Shown piece by piece: positions 1 through 9,932 of a stretch of 32,000 nucleotides of DNA. Origin of the DNA: Candidatus Saccharimonadota bacterium (lineage in GTDB: Bacteria > Patescibacteriota > Gracilibacteria > Absconditabacterales > Absconditicoccaceae); the NCBI GenBank assembly GCA_030429145.1, contig JAUIDC010000001.1, positions 510,001 to 542,000 of the forward strand. Direction: 5' to 3'. The first letter of the stretch is position 1. The number at the start of each line of letters is the position of its first letter. Under the pieces are notes generated by a model. It was not told the DNA's origin and searched no databases. It saw only the letters and a program-made list of their open reading frames with translations. The position numbers were made by a program, and so were the translations under genes.

Positions 1-2
1 AC

Positions 3-692
3 TATGCACCAAGTGGTCTGTCAGGCGGTACTCACAAGTATCGTGCAATCTATACCATGCCAACCGGCTGTTACACTCAAGATAAAGATACAACTAACGA
101 AGTGTCTATTAGTGTGACAGAAGCACAGGCTTTCACTGCTTCTTTAGCAGGTACTGATGCTTTTGTGCAAGCAGGTGTGTGGAAAGGGCTTTATACCCTT
201 ACATTACCTGTCGGTTTGACAAGCTATACTGTAAAATGGTATCGTATCATCAATGGTCAGCCTGTTCTACAGACTACCTTGAACGATATAAAAACTTGGG
301 TACGTGATCCTTTGGATAACGACCACCCAGACACTGTTTACGCAGTGGTGATACCAAAAGGGTGTTGGGACAAAGATTCTACACTTACCAATCAGGTCAT
401 TGTGACCGCTTCGGTAAGTGTAGCCGCACTTCCCAAGCTGTCTGATGACTACCGCATATATCCTAACCCTGCAACTACCCAGTTATTCATAACCGGGTTG
501 AAGCGTGATGATCGTATGATCATGACCAATGCAGTTGGACAACAAGTTCTACAGTACACGTTTGTACAGGAGAATAATCCTACACAAATTAATCTGTCTG
601 GACTTCCCAACGGCATCTATATGGTGAGATTCATCTCTCATGATGGACAACCATACGCAGGAGGCGGAGCAAAAATAATCAAACAAGAGTAA
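3..692 (+). CDS. Secreted protein, 5' truncated by the window edge, ending in a T9SS (Por) C-terminal sorting domain
   Basis: The frame is open to the window start and ends in TAA. The C-terminal ~80 aa (YRIYPNPATTQLFITGL...INLSGLPNGIYMVRFISHDGQ) fit the Por_Secre_tail pattern (YPNPa...L.sGiY.v). No in-frame TGA. Confidence 0.7.
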   Translation, partial: YAPSGLSGGTHKYRAIYTMPTGCYTQDKDTTNEVSISVTEAQAFTASLAGTDAFVQAGVWKGLYTLTLPVGLTSYTVKWYRIINGQPVLQTTLNDIKTWVRDPLDNDHPDTVYAVVIPKGCWDKDSTLTNQVIVTASVSVAALPKLSDDYRIYPNPATTQLFITGLKRDDRMIMTNAVGQQVLQYTFVQENNPTQINLSGLPNGIYMVRFISHDGQPYAGGGAKIIKQE

Positions 693-714
693 TTGATTTC
701 AATGAACATAACAC

Positions 715-745
715 AGCGCTCGGTATTGTCCCGAGCGCTTTTTTT
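715..745 (+). terminator. Rho-independent terminator
   Basis: Perfect 9-bp stem AGCGCTCGG / CCGAGCGCT with a 7-nt loop, followed by a T6 run, directly after the T9SS-CTD gene. Confidence 0.7.
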
Positions 746-882
746 GTTGGAGGAGTGTTTTTGTGCAAAAAATTATTGTAATGGAAGACCACTTCTTTAT
801 ATTGGTAGTTCGCGCAGAGAGAGAACTTTAAATGGTAAAATTCGATTAATTAACAACAAAAAGTACGAGAAATAGAATAAAT

Positions 883-1638
883 ATGCTAATTATCCTGCGT
901 CGAAATGCGAAGATGCACGCGTGCTGGGTTTTGATCCTGGCGGGCTGTGCAAAAACGGGATACGATGGAAAATATGGCGTTTCGCCTTTATCATCGCCCC
1001 AATTAATGCCCAATACAATAGGGAGTGAAATGAATCAACTTCCTAATGACATGGACTCTATCAACATTCATACTGTTAACGAAGATCAACCAGCAGAAAG
1101 TTATTCTGATAAAGCTGGTTCATATATTGATTCTTCACTTGCTCAGTCTATATTCCAAGATGTGTTTGCTCAGGGTGAAAACCTCTGGGGGAGCTATTTC
1201 ACTGACGGACAATTTGTGTATGCTCACATGGTTCGTCGGTATATAGAAAGCAAGTATAACATAGAGTGTAGAAAACTGTTCATATTTGGTGACATTACAG
1301 CAACCTCTTTACGGTATGATTGCTGTGCAACATGGAGTTATGATGTTGCCTGTGTCTTACTAGGGAAAGAAGGGCGTCTTTACGTCATCGATCCAAGGTT
1401 ATTTAACTCGGTAGTGTCAAAAGATGTTTGGATGCAAGCACATGTCTCACCAACAATGTGCGAGCCGTATCCGATCATCTCGACATCAGAGCTAGTCTCT
1501 GGGGAGAGTCTCTTCCCACTGGGTGGGCCATCACTAGGCTATAAAAAAGATCCTGACTATCAAGCTGCTGAAGCCTGGAAGGGCTACTATGCTGATAGCA
1601 CAGGGTGTGGCTGTGTGAATGCCCTCGCTGTAAAGTAA
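883..1638 (+). CDS. Lipoprotein homologous to protein-glutamine glutaminase (Chryseobacterium type), with catalytic residues substituted
   Basis: Lipobox signal peptide (MLIILRRNAKMHACWVLILAGC). The core FTDGQFVYAHMVRRY...CCATWSYDVACVLL...YVIDPRLF aligns with protein-glutaminase VDGCYARAHKMRQI...CCVAWSYHVAILV...RIIDPSLF (sequence recalled from memory). TAA stop. Confidence 0.6.
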   Translation: MLIILRRNAKMHACWVLILAGCAKTGYDGKYGVSPLSSPQLMPNTIGSEMNQLPNDMDSINIHTVNEDQPAESYSDKAGSYIDSSLAQSIFQDVFAQGENLWGSYFTDGQFVYAHMVRRYIESKYNIECRKLFIFGDITATSLRYDCCATWSYDVACVLLGKEGRLYVIDPRLFNSVVSKDVWMQAHVSPTMCEPYPIISTSELVSGESLFPLGGPSLGYKKDPDYQAAEAWKGYYADSTGCGCVNALAVK

Positions 1639-1657
1639 ACCATATTCTCTCTGCGCA

Positions 1658-1683
1658 AACGCCCCGCTTCCGGGGCGTTTTTC
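1658..1683 (+). terminator. Rho-independent terminator
   Basis: 9-bp GC-rich stem AACGCCCCG / CGGGGCGTT with tetraloop CTTC, followed by a T run. Confidence 0.75.
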
Positions 1684-1981
1684 TCTTGCTTTTTTAGAGT
1701 TGTTCCTTATAGTCTACGTCACGTTGTTAATTAATGAAAAAAATGCAGGTAACGACAGGATAAAGTTTGCCAATTTATAAACCTGAAATTGGCAGATAGG
1801 CATTATTTCATGGTGATAGGGTTTATAGTGTAAGCGCACTGGGTTTTCCCAGAGCGCTTTTTTTAAAATTCAAGTCTGGATATAGAATCTAAATTTTCTA
1901 TTCAATGGTCCTTATATATAGAGGAGGTGTTTGCACAGGAAGTTTCGTATTCATCGATCTTAAGTAGGCTTAGAGTTTCAT

Positions 1982-2398
1982 TTACTTTTTTTCATTGGGT
2001 CATTCTATTTCTATGTAGGGAGGTATAAGTGGTCGTTCGTCTATTTCTATCTTACAGTTGTTTAATAGATAGGAAGAGCGTTTGTTTTCTTGGTAACAGC
2101 GAGGTTTATAACCGAGCATTGCTAAGATTTCATTTGTAATGTCTAGGTTGCTTACCCATACTTCTGCTTCTTTGGTTCCGTCAATCACTTTCTCATCTAT
2201 AATCTCTTTCACACATAAGGTTGTTTTATGTCAGTCGGATCTTAATCTAATTCGCTTTTTTGGTTGAGGTGGTTTGAAATCATAGATATATCTTTGTTGA
2301 AGGAAAGAACCTCTATATTTGGCTCCCAATTGCTCTAGTCTGATTTTGATGAGTCTCACATCAATGTTTAATACTTTAATTTCAAACTCTGGCATCAT
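1982..2398 (-). CDS. CYTH-domain protein (class IV adenylate cyclase / triphosphatase-like), short form
   Basis: MMPEFEIKVLNIDV...RIRLRSDGHKTTLCVKE...LGYKPRCYQENKRSSYLL..CKIEIDE...PYIEIEG fits the CYTH pattern (EiE.K..., RiR, lt.K, lDev, EiE). There is one internal TGA (RSD-G-HKT). The standard-code stop at 2000-2002 is also TGA, so the true end is the TAA at 1982. Confidence 0.6.
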
Positions 2399-2431
2399 TT
2401 TTAAAGTCATTAAACATATAAAATTGAAATT

Positions 2432-2521
2432 ATATTATATTTAAGTGAGAGGTTTGCAAGACAAAGAACTATATATAATGCCATATTATATGCTGTAGAA
2501 TATATGGTGTCATATTATATG
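2432..2521. promoter_or_regulatory. Candidate operator repeats in the CYTH/XRE divergent intergenic region
   Basis: The exact 11-mer CATATTATATG occurs twice (2482-2492 and 2511-2521). Its 9-mer core ATATTATAT occurs a third time (2432-2440), immediately upstream of the XRE gene. Confidence 0.35.
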
Positions 2522-2554
2522 ATGCTTTTGTTGATTTGTATTATTAATGTCAAA

Positions 2555-2755
2555 ATGGGATTGAGAGAGAAAGTGGCAAAAAACATTAGAAAAAAGAGGT
2601 TAGAATTATGAATTTCTCAAGAATCTCTAGCTGTTTCATCGGGTCTACACAGGACTTATATGGGACTGATTGAAAGAGGTGTTGCCAATATTTCAATTGA
2701 TGTATTAGAAAAAGTAGCGAAAGCGTTAAATGTTCAGCCAAGAGAGCTTCTTTAA
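2555..2755 (+). CDS. XRE-family helix-turn-helix transcriptional regulator (66 aa)
   Basis: MGLREKVAKNIRKKRLELGISQESLAVSSGLHRTYMGLIERGVANISIDVLEKVAKALNVQPRELL is the canonical HTH_3/XRE pattern. The single in-frame TGA lies at the conserved Gly of '..lGlSQe.LA'. This gene is missed by the standard-code ORF track. Confidence 0.8.
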
Positions 2756-2851
2756 TTTTCCCAATTGCTTTCCAACCCTAAATCCCTATACTAAACCCCA
2801 CTGAGCTACAACTCAGTTTCTAGGATTTCATACTCCTATTTTAGTACGTTT

Positions 2852-3949
2852 TTGGCAGAAGCGATGAAGAAATTGAATTACACACTTTTGACATTCTATA
2901 AATTTGTAGATATTGCTGATCCGCAGAAAGAGGTAAAGGATCATCTGAAATTTTGTAAAGATATTGGTATGAAAGGTCGTATCTATATCGGTGAAGAGGG
3001 TATCAGTGCGACATTGACAGGAAATGATGGACAGGTGGCTGCATACAAGATGTATTTGCAGAATAGTCCATATTTCAAAGATATTCCAGATATTGATATC
3101 AAGGCAACGCGTGTAGACGACTACTATTTTGATCGCATGATCGTGAAGTATCGTAAAGAGATCGTTGCGCTTGGTACACAGGTGTCGCAAGGAGAGATCG
3201 AAAAGTATCGCAATGAGATGTCTCCGGAGGATTTCAAAAAGCTTATCGATAGCGGAGAACTCGATGACTGGGTGGTTATCGACATGCGCAATGACTATGA
3301 GTATAAACTTGGTCACTTTAAAAATGCTATCCCCGCATGAACAATAAACTTCCGTGAGGTGCCTGAACTCTTAGAGAAATATAAAGAGCTTTTTGGTGAA
3401 AAGAAAATCGTGCGATATTGTACTGGTGGAATTCGCTGTGAGAAGCTTTCTGCTATGGTCTCAAAAGCAGGATTTAAAGACGTCTATGCTCTCGAAGGAG
3501 GAGTTGTGAAATACGTGAATCAATACAACGACGGTAACTGGCTAGGTAATCTCTACACGTTCGACGGTCGTGTTTCGACTCGTATTGGTGATGATGAAAC
3601 TCATACAACTATTGGAGAGTGTATCTACTCGGGGCTGAAGACTGACAACTGTGAAAACTGTCGTTATAGCCCATGTAACGCGCGTATTATTTGTCGTAAA
3701 AAACAATATAAGCGTCATGTGGGATTCTGCTCTGAGGAGTGCTATGAGAATGCGAAGAAAGATTTATTGATAAAAGATTTGGATTGGGATAAGTTCGACT
3801 ATCAAGCAGTTCGTGATGCGATCAAAAAAGACCCATCGTTAGAGGCAGAGATGCAGCAGAAGGTTGCTGAACATCTGTCACAAGAGCTTGGTTCAGTCGT
3901 ATTTACACATAAGACCAGCCAGAAAGAAACCGTGATTTTCCAAGATTAA
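2852..3949 (+). CDS. trhO: tRNA uridine(34) hydroxylase TrhO (rhodanese-domain protein, YceA/UPF0176 family)
   Basis: N-terminal LLTFYKFVDI...GRIYIGEEGISATL and the rhodanese active-site loop YCTGGIRCEK. Two same-frame ORFs are joined by a TGA at 3338-3340 (NAIPA-G-TINFRE). The start could be ATG 2864 instead. Confidence 0.8.
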
Positions 3950-4175
3950 GAAAAAACCAACCTGGAATCAGATCGGTTTTTGTAAAGATTCTCTTTGTTG
4001 TATTCATTTGGTTTACTTTATTTGCAGCATACACTCTGTCTTCCCACAATCAGGACGAAAGGGGCAGAATCTTTCTAGGCAGGAATTTATTCATTAGGAT
4101 AACCACTATAATCATGTAATCGATGATTTCTACCTCAAATTTCTCTCCTATCGTTTACTATTTCAAAAAACTATT

Positions 4176-5315
4176 ATGCAAGAAAAAAAACACGACCCGT
4201 TAAAGGTCTTTTTGGTGGATATTGTGCCGCCAACTTTTCCTGCGGACCTTATTGAGCATCGTATGCAGGAGCTGGAATCACTTGTCACTACCTACAAAGG
4301 AGTAGTGGTTGTGAAGAAAATCCAGAAGCGTATGACGCCGGACTACCGTCTCTATATCGGAAAAGGAAAACTTGAAGAAATTCAAAACGAAATGAAGGCG
4401 ATCGGTGCCAATCTTTTGGTGATCGGAAATATTCTTAAACCTGCGCAAATATACAACATCTCGGAGATTCTCCGCAAAGATAAGATACAGGTGTGGGATC
4501 GTATAGACCTTATTTTGAAGATATTTGAGCGCCATGCTGCAAGTACGGAAGCAAGATTGCAGATTGAGTTAGCGGCTATTAAGCATATGGGGCCTCGTAT
4601 CTTTGGTATGGGTATGGAGCTTTCTCGTCAGTGAGGACGCTGAGGAGGTGGTTCTGGTGCTGCGCGTGGTCTTGGTGAGACGAATACAGAGCGTATGCGT
4701 CGTCACTTGAAAGACAAGGAGATCGCTATTAAGAAAAAACTAGAACAATACCAACAGACGAGAGAACTGCATCGTCATGCAAGAGCTCGTCATGGATTGC
4801 CAACAGTCGGTATCGTTGGATATACTAATGCTGGTAAGTCCCGCCTGATGCACGCTCTCACGAGCAAAGATATTCTCGTAGAGAACAAACTCTTTGCCAC
4901 ACTCGGTACGGCGGTTGGTAAGATGTATATCCCGCCAGAGGATGAGACGCAGCCTGTCGGGACAGAGATTTTGGTCAATGATACTATTGGCTTTATTCGT
5001 GATCTACCACCTGAGCTGATAGATGCTTTTTCGTCAACTCTGGAAGATAGTATCCACTCTGATCTGCTTTTGCATGTTGTTGATGCATCAGACGAGTACA
5101 TTGATGAGAAAATAGCTGTAGTGGATGAGATATTGGAAAAGATAGGCGCAAAACAATCAAAGCTCTATGTGTTCAATAAAATAGATCTCATTTCTGAGGA
5201 AAAACAGGCTTCTCTTCGTGAGAAATTTGCTGATTTGGCGCCGTTGTTTATCTCAGCCCAGGAGTGAAGAGGGTTGGATGAGCTCAAGAAGACTGTTGAG
5301 TCGACTATTTCGTAG
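4176..5315 (+). CDS. hflX: GTPase HflX
   Basis: N-terminal HflX domain plus G-domain motifs GIVGYTNAGKS, DTIGFI and NKID. In-frame TGAs at 4632, 4641 and 5265. The first two lie in the conserved LSRxGGGxGxRGxGE loop. TAG stop at 5313-5315. Confidence 0.85.
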
Positions 5316-5377
5316 TTTTCACTTGTAGTTGAGAGCGAAAAAGATACTACTAGGCAAAGCCCTATTTTGCTATAATT

Positions 5378-5959
5378 TTGACTATGCAGGACGATAATTC
5401 GCTCATAGAGAGGATACAAAATGGAGAGACAGAACTTTTTAGTGTGCTGTATGAAAAATACTGTCACAAAATTTTGCAGTTTCTGTTTTATAAGTGTAGC
5501 GATATGAGCCATGCAGAGGATCTTACAGGAGAGGTGTTTTTAAAGGCTTTTGATGCGATTGGTTGATTTCACCCAAAAAGGGAAAAAGCCTTCTCGTCAT
5601 GGCTCTATACGATCGCTACCAATACGTTCTTAGATAGTGTCAAAAAGAAAAAAGAGAGTTCATTAGATGATAAAGAGTTTATGATAGCGGATGACAGTGC
5701 TCCTGATATGACGCATAAGGCTCAGATAAATCAGCAAGCCCAAGAGGTATTAGCTTACTTGGAACATCTTGGTGAGGACAAGAAAGAGCTTTTTGTGATG
5801 CGTATCTGGCAGGATATGAGTCGAGAAGAGATAGAATCTGCTACAGGAAAGTCCAATGCTGCACTCAGAAAAGAGTATAGCAGACTGATACAGAAACTCG
5901 TGGAAAAGTTTGGCTATATGGCTGTTTTATGTGTTTTATTTCACCCATGGATCAGATAG
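5378..5959 (+). CDS. ECF-type RNA polymerase sigma-70 family factor
   Basis: Region 2 (AEDLTGEVFLKAF...FSSWLYTIATNTFLD) and region 4 (ELFVMRIWQDMSREEIESATGKSNAALRKEYSRLIQKL). Fragments are joined by a TGA at 5564-5566. Confidence 0.75.
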
Positions 5960-7071
5960 ACAAGATGAATGTAGAAAAGCTCTATGAGGAGTTCGTACAG
6001 TATGATCCATCTTTGGCAAAGGACAAAGATGCTCTTTTGCAGGTGATCAAAAAAATGCTTGCAGCTAAGCCGGAGATAGAAGTGAATGCACAGTGGAAAG
6101 AAAGCTTCGGAGAGCAGCTGCAGGAGTATGTGATGAGCAAAAAAGCTGCTGCGCCCGCAAAGTCAGCTCTTTCGTCATGGCTTGCAAAGCGAAGCTTATC
6201 TTTTGCATCTTTGCGGCTCGCCCTTCTCGTAGTCGGAGCTTCTTACTATCGATGGCAGATCGAAGTAAAGCCCAAACAAAAGGCTCCAGCTTCTCAGAAC
6301 AAAGCTAATCTTGCTATGAATACAACTGATGCGAATGGGGGAACGTGAGGAGAAATCCTGAGCGATGGACTAGGTAGCGATATACAAGATAATGATGCTG
6401 ATAACATTGCTCAACCTGCGACAGCACTCGTAGAGATCGCCCCTCCGACTGCTGGTGATGCTGCGGCAGAAGTAAGAGTAGCTTATGATAATGGTGCCGT
6501 CAATGCTGATGCAACTGCTCGTGTAGAGTTTTCTGATGACAAAACTATTGGGCTTCGTGCATCATGAACAGATGAGATGTCGACAGAAGTAGACATTGCT
6601 ACTACAAGTATAATGAAAGAAACTCCAAGAGATGAACTCCTTGGTGGAGTAAGAGGTGGCATATGAGGGTGAATAGATCCTGAGATGTGATCAGACGTTG
6701 CTGCCGTTCCTGCTACTACGGCTATGATTGCTCCTGATGAGATGAGTAATACTTCTGTGTTGTCTGCAGAAACAAAGGAGATTGCATTAGTAATTACTGA
6801 CAAGCAGGGAGTTCTCTTCGATACGCCAGCCTTGGAAATCGTTACTCAATATGGTATTTCGATTACTATTATCCCATACAACACTGCGCAGGCAGAGAAA
6901 TTAAAAAAGCAGTGATTTGCTATCACTGACTTTCTGATTAGTGGGTCTCAATGAGGAGTAGTCTATATTGATGCTTCAGAAGTTCGTATCAACCCGGACT
7001 CGTTGAGAGGGCTTATTGAGAAACATCAAGCTGATGGATATGCGTTCATAGAAATTTCTGCTACCCAATAA
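5947..7071 (+). CDS. Putative anti-sigma factor / single-pass membrane protein with a D/A/E-rich extracytoplasmic region
   Basis: It overlaps the sigma-factor stop, so translational coupling is likely. One TM segment (LRLALLVVGASYY). A same-frame ORF chain 5929..7071 is joined by 7 in-frame TGAs (6346, 6565, 6664, 6670, 6688, 6913, 6952). No recognisable catalytic domain. The start is ambiguous (5929, 5947 or 5962). Confidence 0.45.
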
Positions 7072-8260
7072 TCTCATCAACTGCTACAAAAAACTTGTCT
7101 ATATCATCTACGGTGTTATACAAATACAGGCTCATCCTACATGCGCCGTTTTTTTCTATATGCTGGAAAAATGGATGTGTACAATGTCCGCCACAACGTA
7201 TACAGATATTCTTTTGTGCCATACGTTCTCCTAGTTGTATATGGTTTGGAAATGATGGTATGACAAAAGAAAATACTCCAATTCTATCCTCGGCTGTTGT
7301 TGGTCAGAGAAGAGTTATCTTGTCTTTACGTTTAGCAAACTGTTCGAGAGCGTATTGTACAAGTGTGGACTCATATTGTTCTATGGCCTGGTAGCCTCAA
7401 ATCTTATTCATATATTCTATGGCTTTGAGTAATGACACGGCACCAATGATATGAGGCGTTCCTGGCTCAAATTTCTCCTCGCTTTTTTTAAGCTTGTAGT
7501 TGTCCGTGCTAACATCTTCGATACTACCGCCTCAGCCTATAGCAGGAGTCAGTTGTTCGTTTAGTTCTTTACCCAGATAGAGCATACCGATACCTGTGTC
7601 GGCCATCATCTTGTGTCCAGTTGCGATCAGCGCATCACATCAGATTTTTTTCACATCTACAGCGATATGTGGGAGCGCTTGTGAAGCATCTACAATCAAT
7701 AGAGTATCATCACGAAGTTTTTGAGAAATCTTTTTTATGTCATATATTTTTCACGTTACATTTGAAACCATTGAGAGAGAAACAACTTTTACATTGTCGC
7801 TATATTTTTTTTCAAAATCGACTTCGTCGAGATCATACTTTTCATCTATATTGATCCATTCTATTTCAATTCCTTCTAGCTTTGATGTCATTTGTCGAGG
7901 AACAATATTCGCATGATGCTCGGCAATGCCCAATAGTATTTTGTCACCCGCTTTTAGTTTTCCTGAAAGAGTAAGGGATTGGACGAGTATGTTAAATGCA
8001 TAGGTCGCATTATATGTATAAATGATCTCTGAGTGATGCGCATTGATGAGCGAAGCGAAAGCTCTCTTTGATGCCTCATACATTTCTTCTGACTGTTCAC
8101 TTATCTCATATGCTCCACGATGAATATTTGCATACGAGTTTTCCATAAAATCTTTCATACCATCTATAACCACTGAAGGCTTTTGTGCAGTCGCCGCACT
8201 GTCTAGGTAGATAAGATCAGGCTGCTTGGTGAACAACGGAAAGTCTTTTTTATAATTCAT
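7061..8260 (-). CDS. sufS: Cysteine desulfurase, SufS/NifS class V aminotransferase
   Basis: LDSAATAQKP, SNVTG, the PLP-lysine motif ATGHKM, and the catalytic loop RCGGHCTHP. I checked the frame codon by codon from 7751 to 7061. There are 5 in-frame TGAs (7751, 7640, 7532, 7397, 7304). TAG stop at 7061-7063. Confidence 0.85.
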
Positions 8261-8357
8261 ATGAGAGTGTTCTAGGATTAAATATTGATGTGGTTTTTTA
8301 CCTTTATTTTTATACTATGAGATCATTCAAATAGTATTTTATTCTTCTGAAATTGCA

Positions 8358-9209
8358 ATGCTTCGATATGGAAAGCCTGTGGCAGAAAAGATAGAGCAGA
8401 ATGTGAAACAATGGGTGGCTGACAACGAGATCCAATGGAGATACGTTGCTGCTATTATGATTGGGGAAGATCATCCAGGTAGTGCATACGTGCAGCGTAA
8501 GAAAAGTTTTGCGCAGAGGGTGTGATTGGATGTAAAAATTTTTGGTGATGAAAACAAGGAGTGGACAGAAGTAGACATCTTGCAAGTTATCGAAAAATGT
8601 AATCAAGATGATGAGTGTGTTGGTGTCATTGTGCAGCTACCATTGCCTGAATATCTTCATGATGCAAAGCAAAATATCTTAGATGCTATAGACCCTCATA
8701 AAGATATTGATGCGCTTGGTTCATGGCATCAGGAGAAAAAACTTTTGTTGCCTGCAACTCCACTAGCTGTGCTTCAAATGATTGGTCACTATGAGTACAA
8801 TGTGCAGTGAAAGAACATTGCTATGATAGGAGAGAGTAATCTTATTGGAAAGCCGTTGGCATTTGCTTTAGAGTATAAGTGAGCGTTGGTAAAAACATTT
8901 AATATCGAAAGTGATCAAGAAGAGATGAAAAAGTTTTGTCGCGATGAGGCAGACCTTATTATCTCTGCGACTGGACATATACATCTTGTTGATGAGAGCT
9001 TTGTTCGTGGTGATAACTCACAAGTAATTATAGATGTGGGTCGAGGGTATAAAGATAATAAACCTGTAGGAGATGTGCAGTGGGAAAATCTAGAAGATAA
9101 AGTAGCTGCTATCACTCCAGTGCCTTGAGGAGTGTGACCAGTGACAGTTGCATCATTGTTTGCTAATCTGATGCACGCAAAAAAAATTGCAGATAGAGAA
9201 CTTATTTAG
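8358..9209 (+). CDS. folD: Bifunctional methylenetetrahydrofolate dehydrogenase / methenyl-THF cyclohydrolase
   Basis: MLRYGKPVAEKI..., VGVIVQLPLP, DPHKDIDALG, and ITPVP-G-GV-G-PVTVA, where both TGAs (9126 and 9135) sit in the invariant PGGVGP motif. 5 in-frame TGAs in total. TAG stop. Confidence 0.85.
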
Positions 9210-9219
9210 TGACCAATAG

Positions 9220-9888
9220 ATGATGCATTATATCTATATTGATGAAGCAGGGAGATGACCAATTGCAGGACCGGTGTATGTCGGGATTGTTGTCGTTTCT
9301 ACAAAGAGTAATGCGCTTCGTCGATCGGATGATCTTATTTCTCTTCCATGATTTTCTGACGCATGTTTTGTAGGGTATGATGATAGTAAAGTTATTGCAG
9401 AAGCAAAAAGAGAAGAACTCTATGAGAAAATTTGTTCTGATAAAAATATTTCTTTTGCTTTTGGCTTTTCGAAGTCGACAGAAGTAGACAGTCGTGGAAT
9501 TGTTCGATCAATACGTACTGCGATTGCAAAAGCGTTGTGGAGCCACTTTGTATGAGAGCCATTTTCAATAAGAAAATTTCAAGCACGAATAAAGGAGTGT
9601 GCTTCAGAGCTTGTTCTTGTCGTTGATGGGAAAACTGATTTTTGAATGAGAAAACTATGGGGAGCGACAGTACAGCCTGTTGTTGATGGCGATGCAAAGA
9701 TACCCATGATTGGTGCAGCGAGTATCGTAGCAAAAGTAGAGCGTGATAGAAAGATGAGACAACTTCACAAGAAATTTCCACAGTATGAGTTTGATACACA
9801 CAAGTGATACGGCACAGAAAAACACTATGCTCTCATTAGACAACACGGCCTATGTAAAGAGCATAGGAAGAGCTGGATTTCTTTATAG
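9220..9888 (+). CDS. rnhB: Ribonuclease HII
   Basis: IDEAGR-G-PIAGPV (TGA at 9256), [25 protein letters not shown], and HK-G-YGTEKH. 5 in-frame TGAs, two of them in invariant Gly positions. Confidence 0.85.
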
Positions 9889-9932
9889 CATATGTCACAT
9901 ATGTTATCATAATTGTGTCTTTTTAGGATAAC

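Noticed and set aside
693-875. 60-aa ORF between the T9SS-CTD gene and the lipoprotein gene.
   Set aside because: It begins inside the terminator hairpin of the upstream gene and has no recognisable features. It is most likely intergenic.
4176-9888. Interpretation of hflX, the sigma factor, sufS, folD and rnhB as pseudogenes broken by nonsense mutations.
   Set aside because: All interruptions are TGA and never TAA or TAG. All fragments stay in frame. The TGAs coincide with invariant Gly residues. That pattern indicates recoding, not decay.
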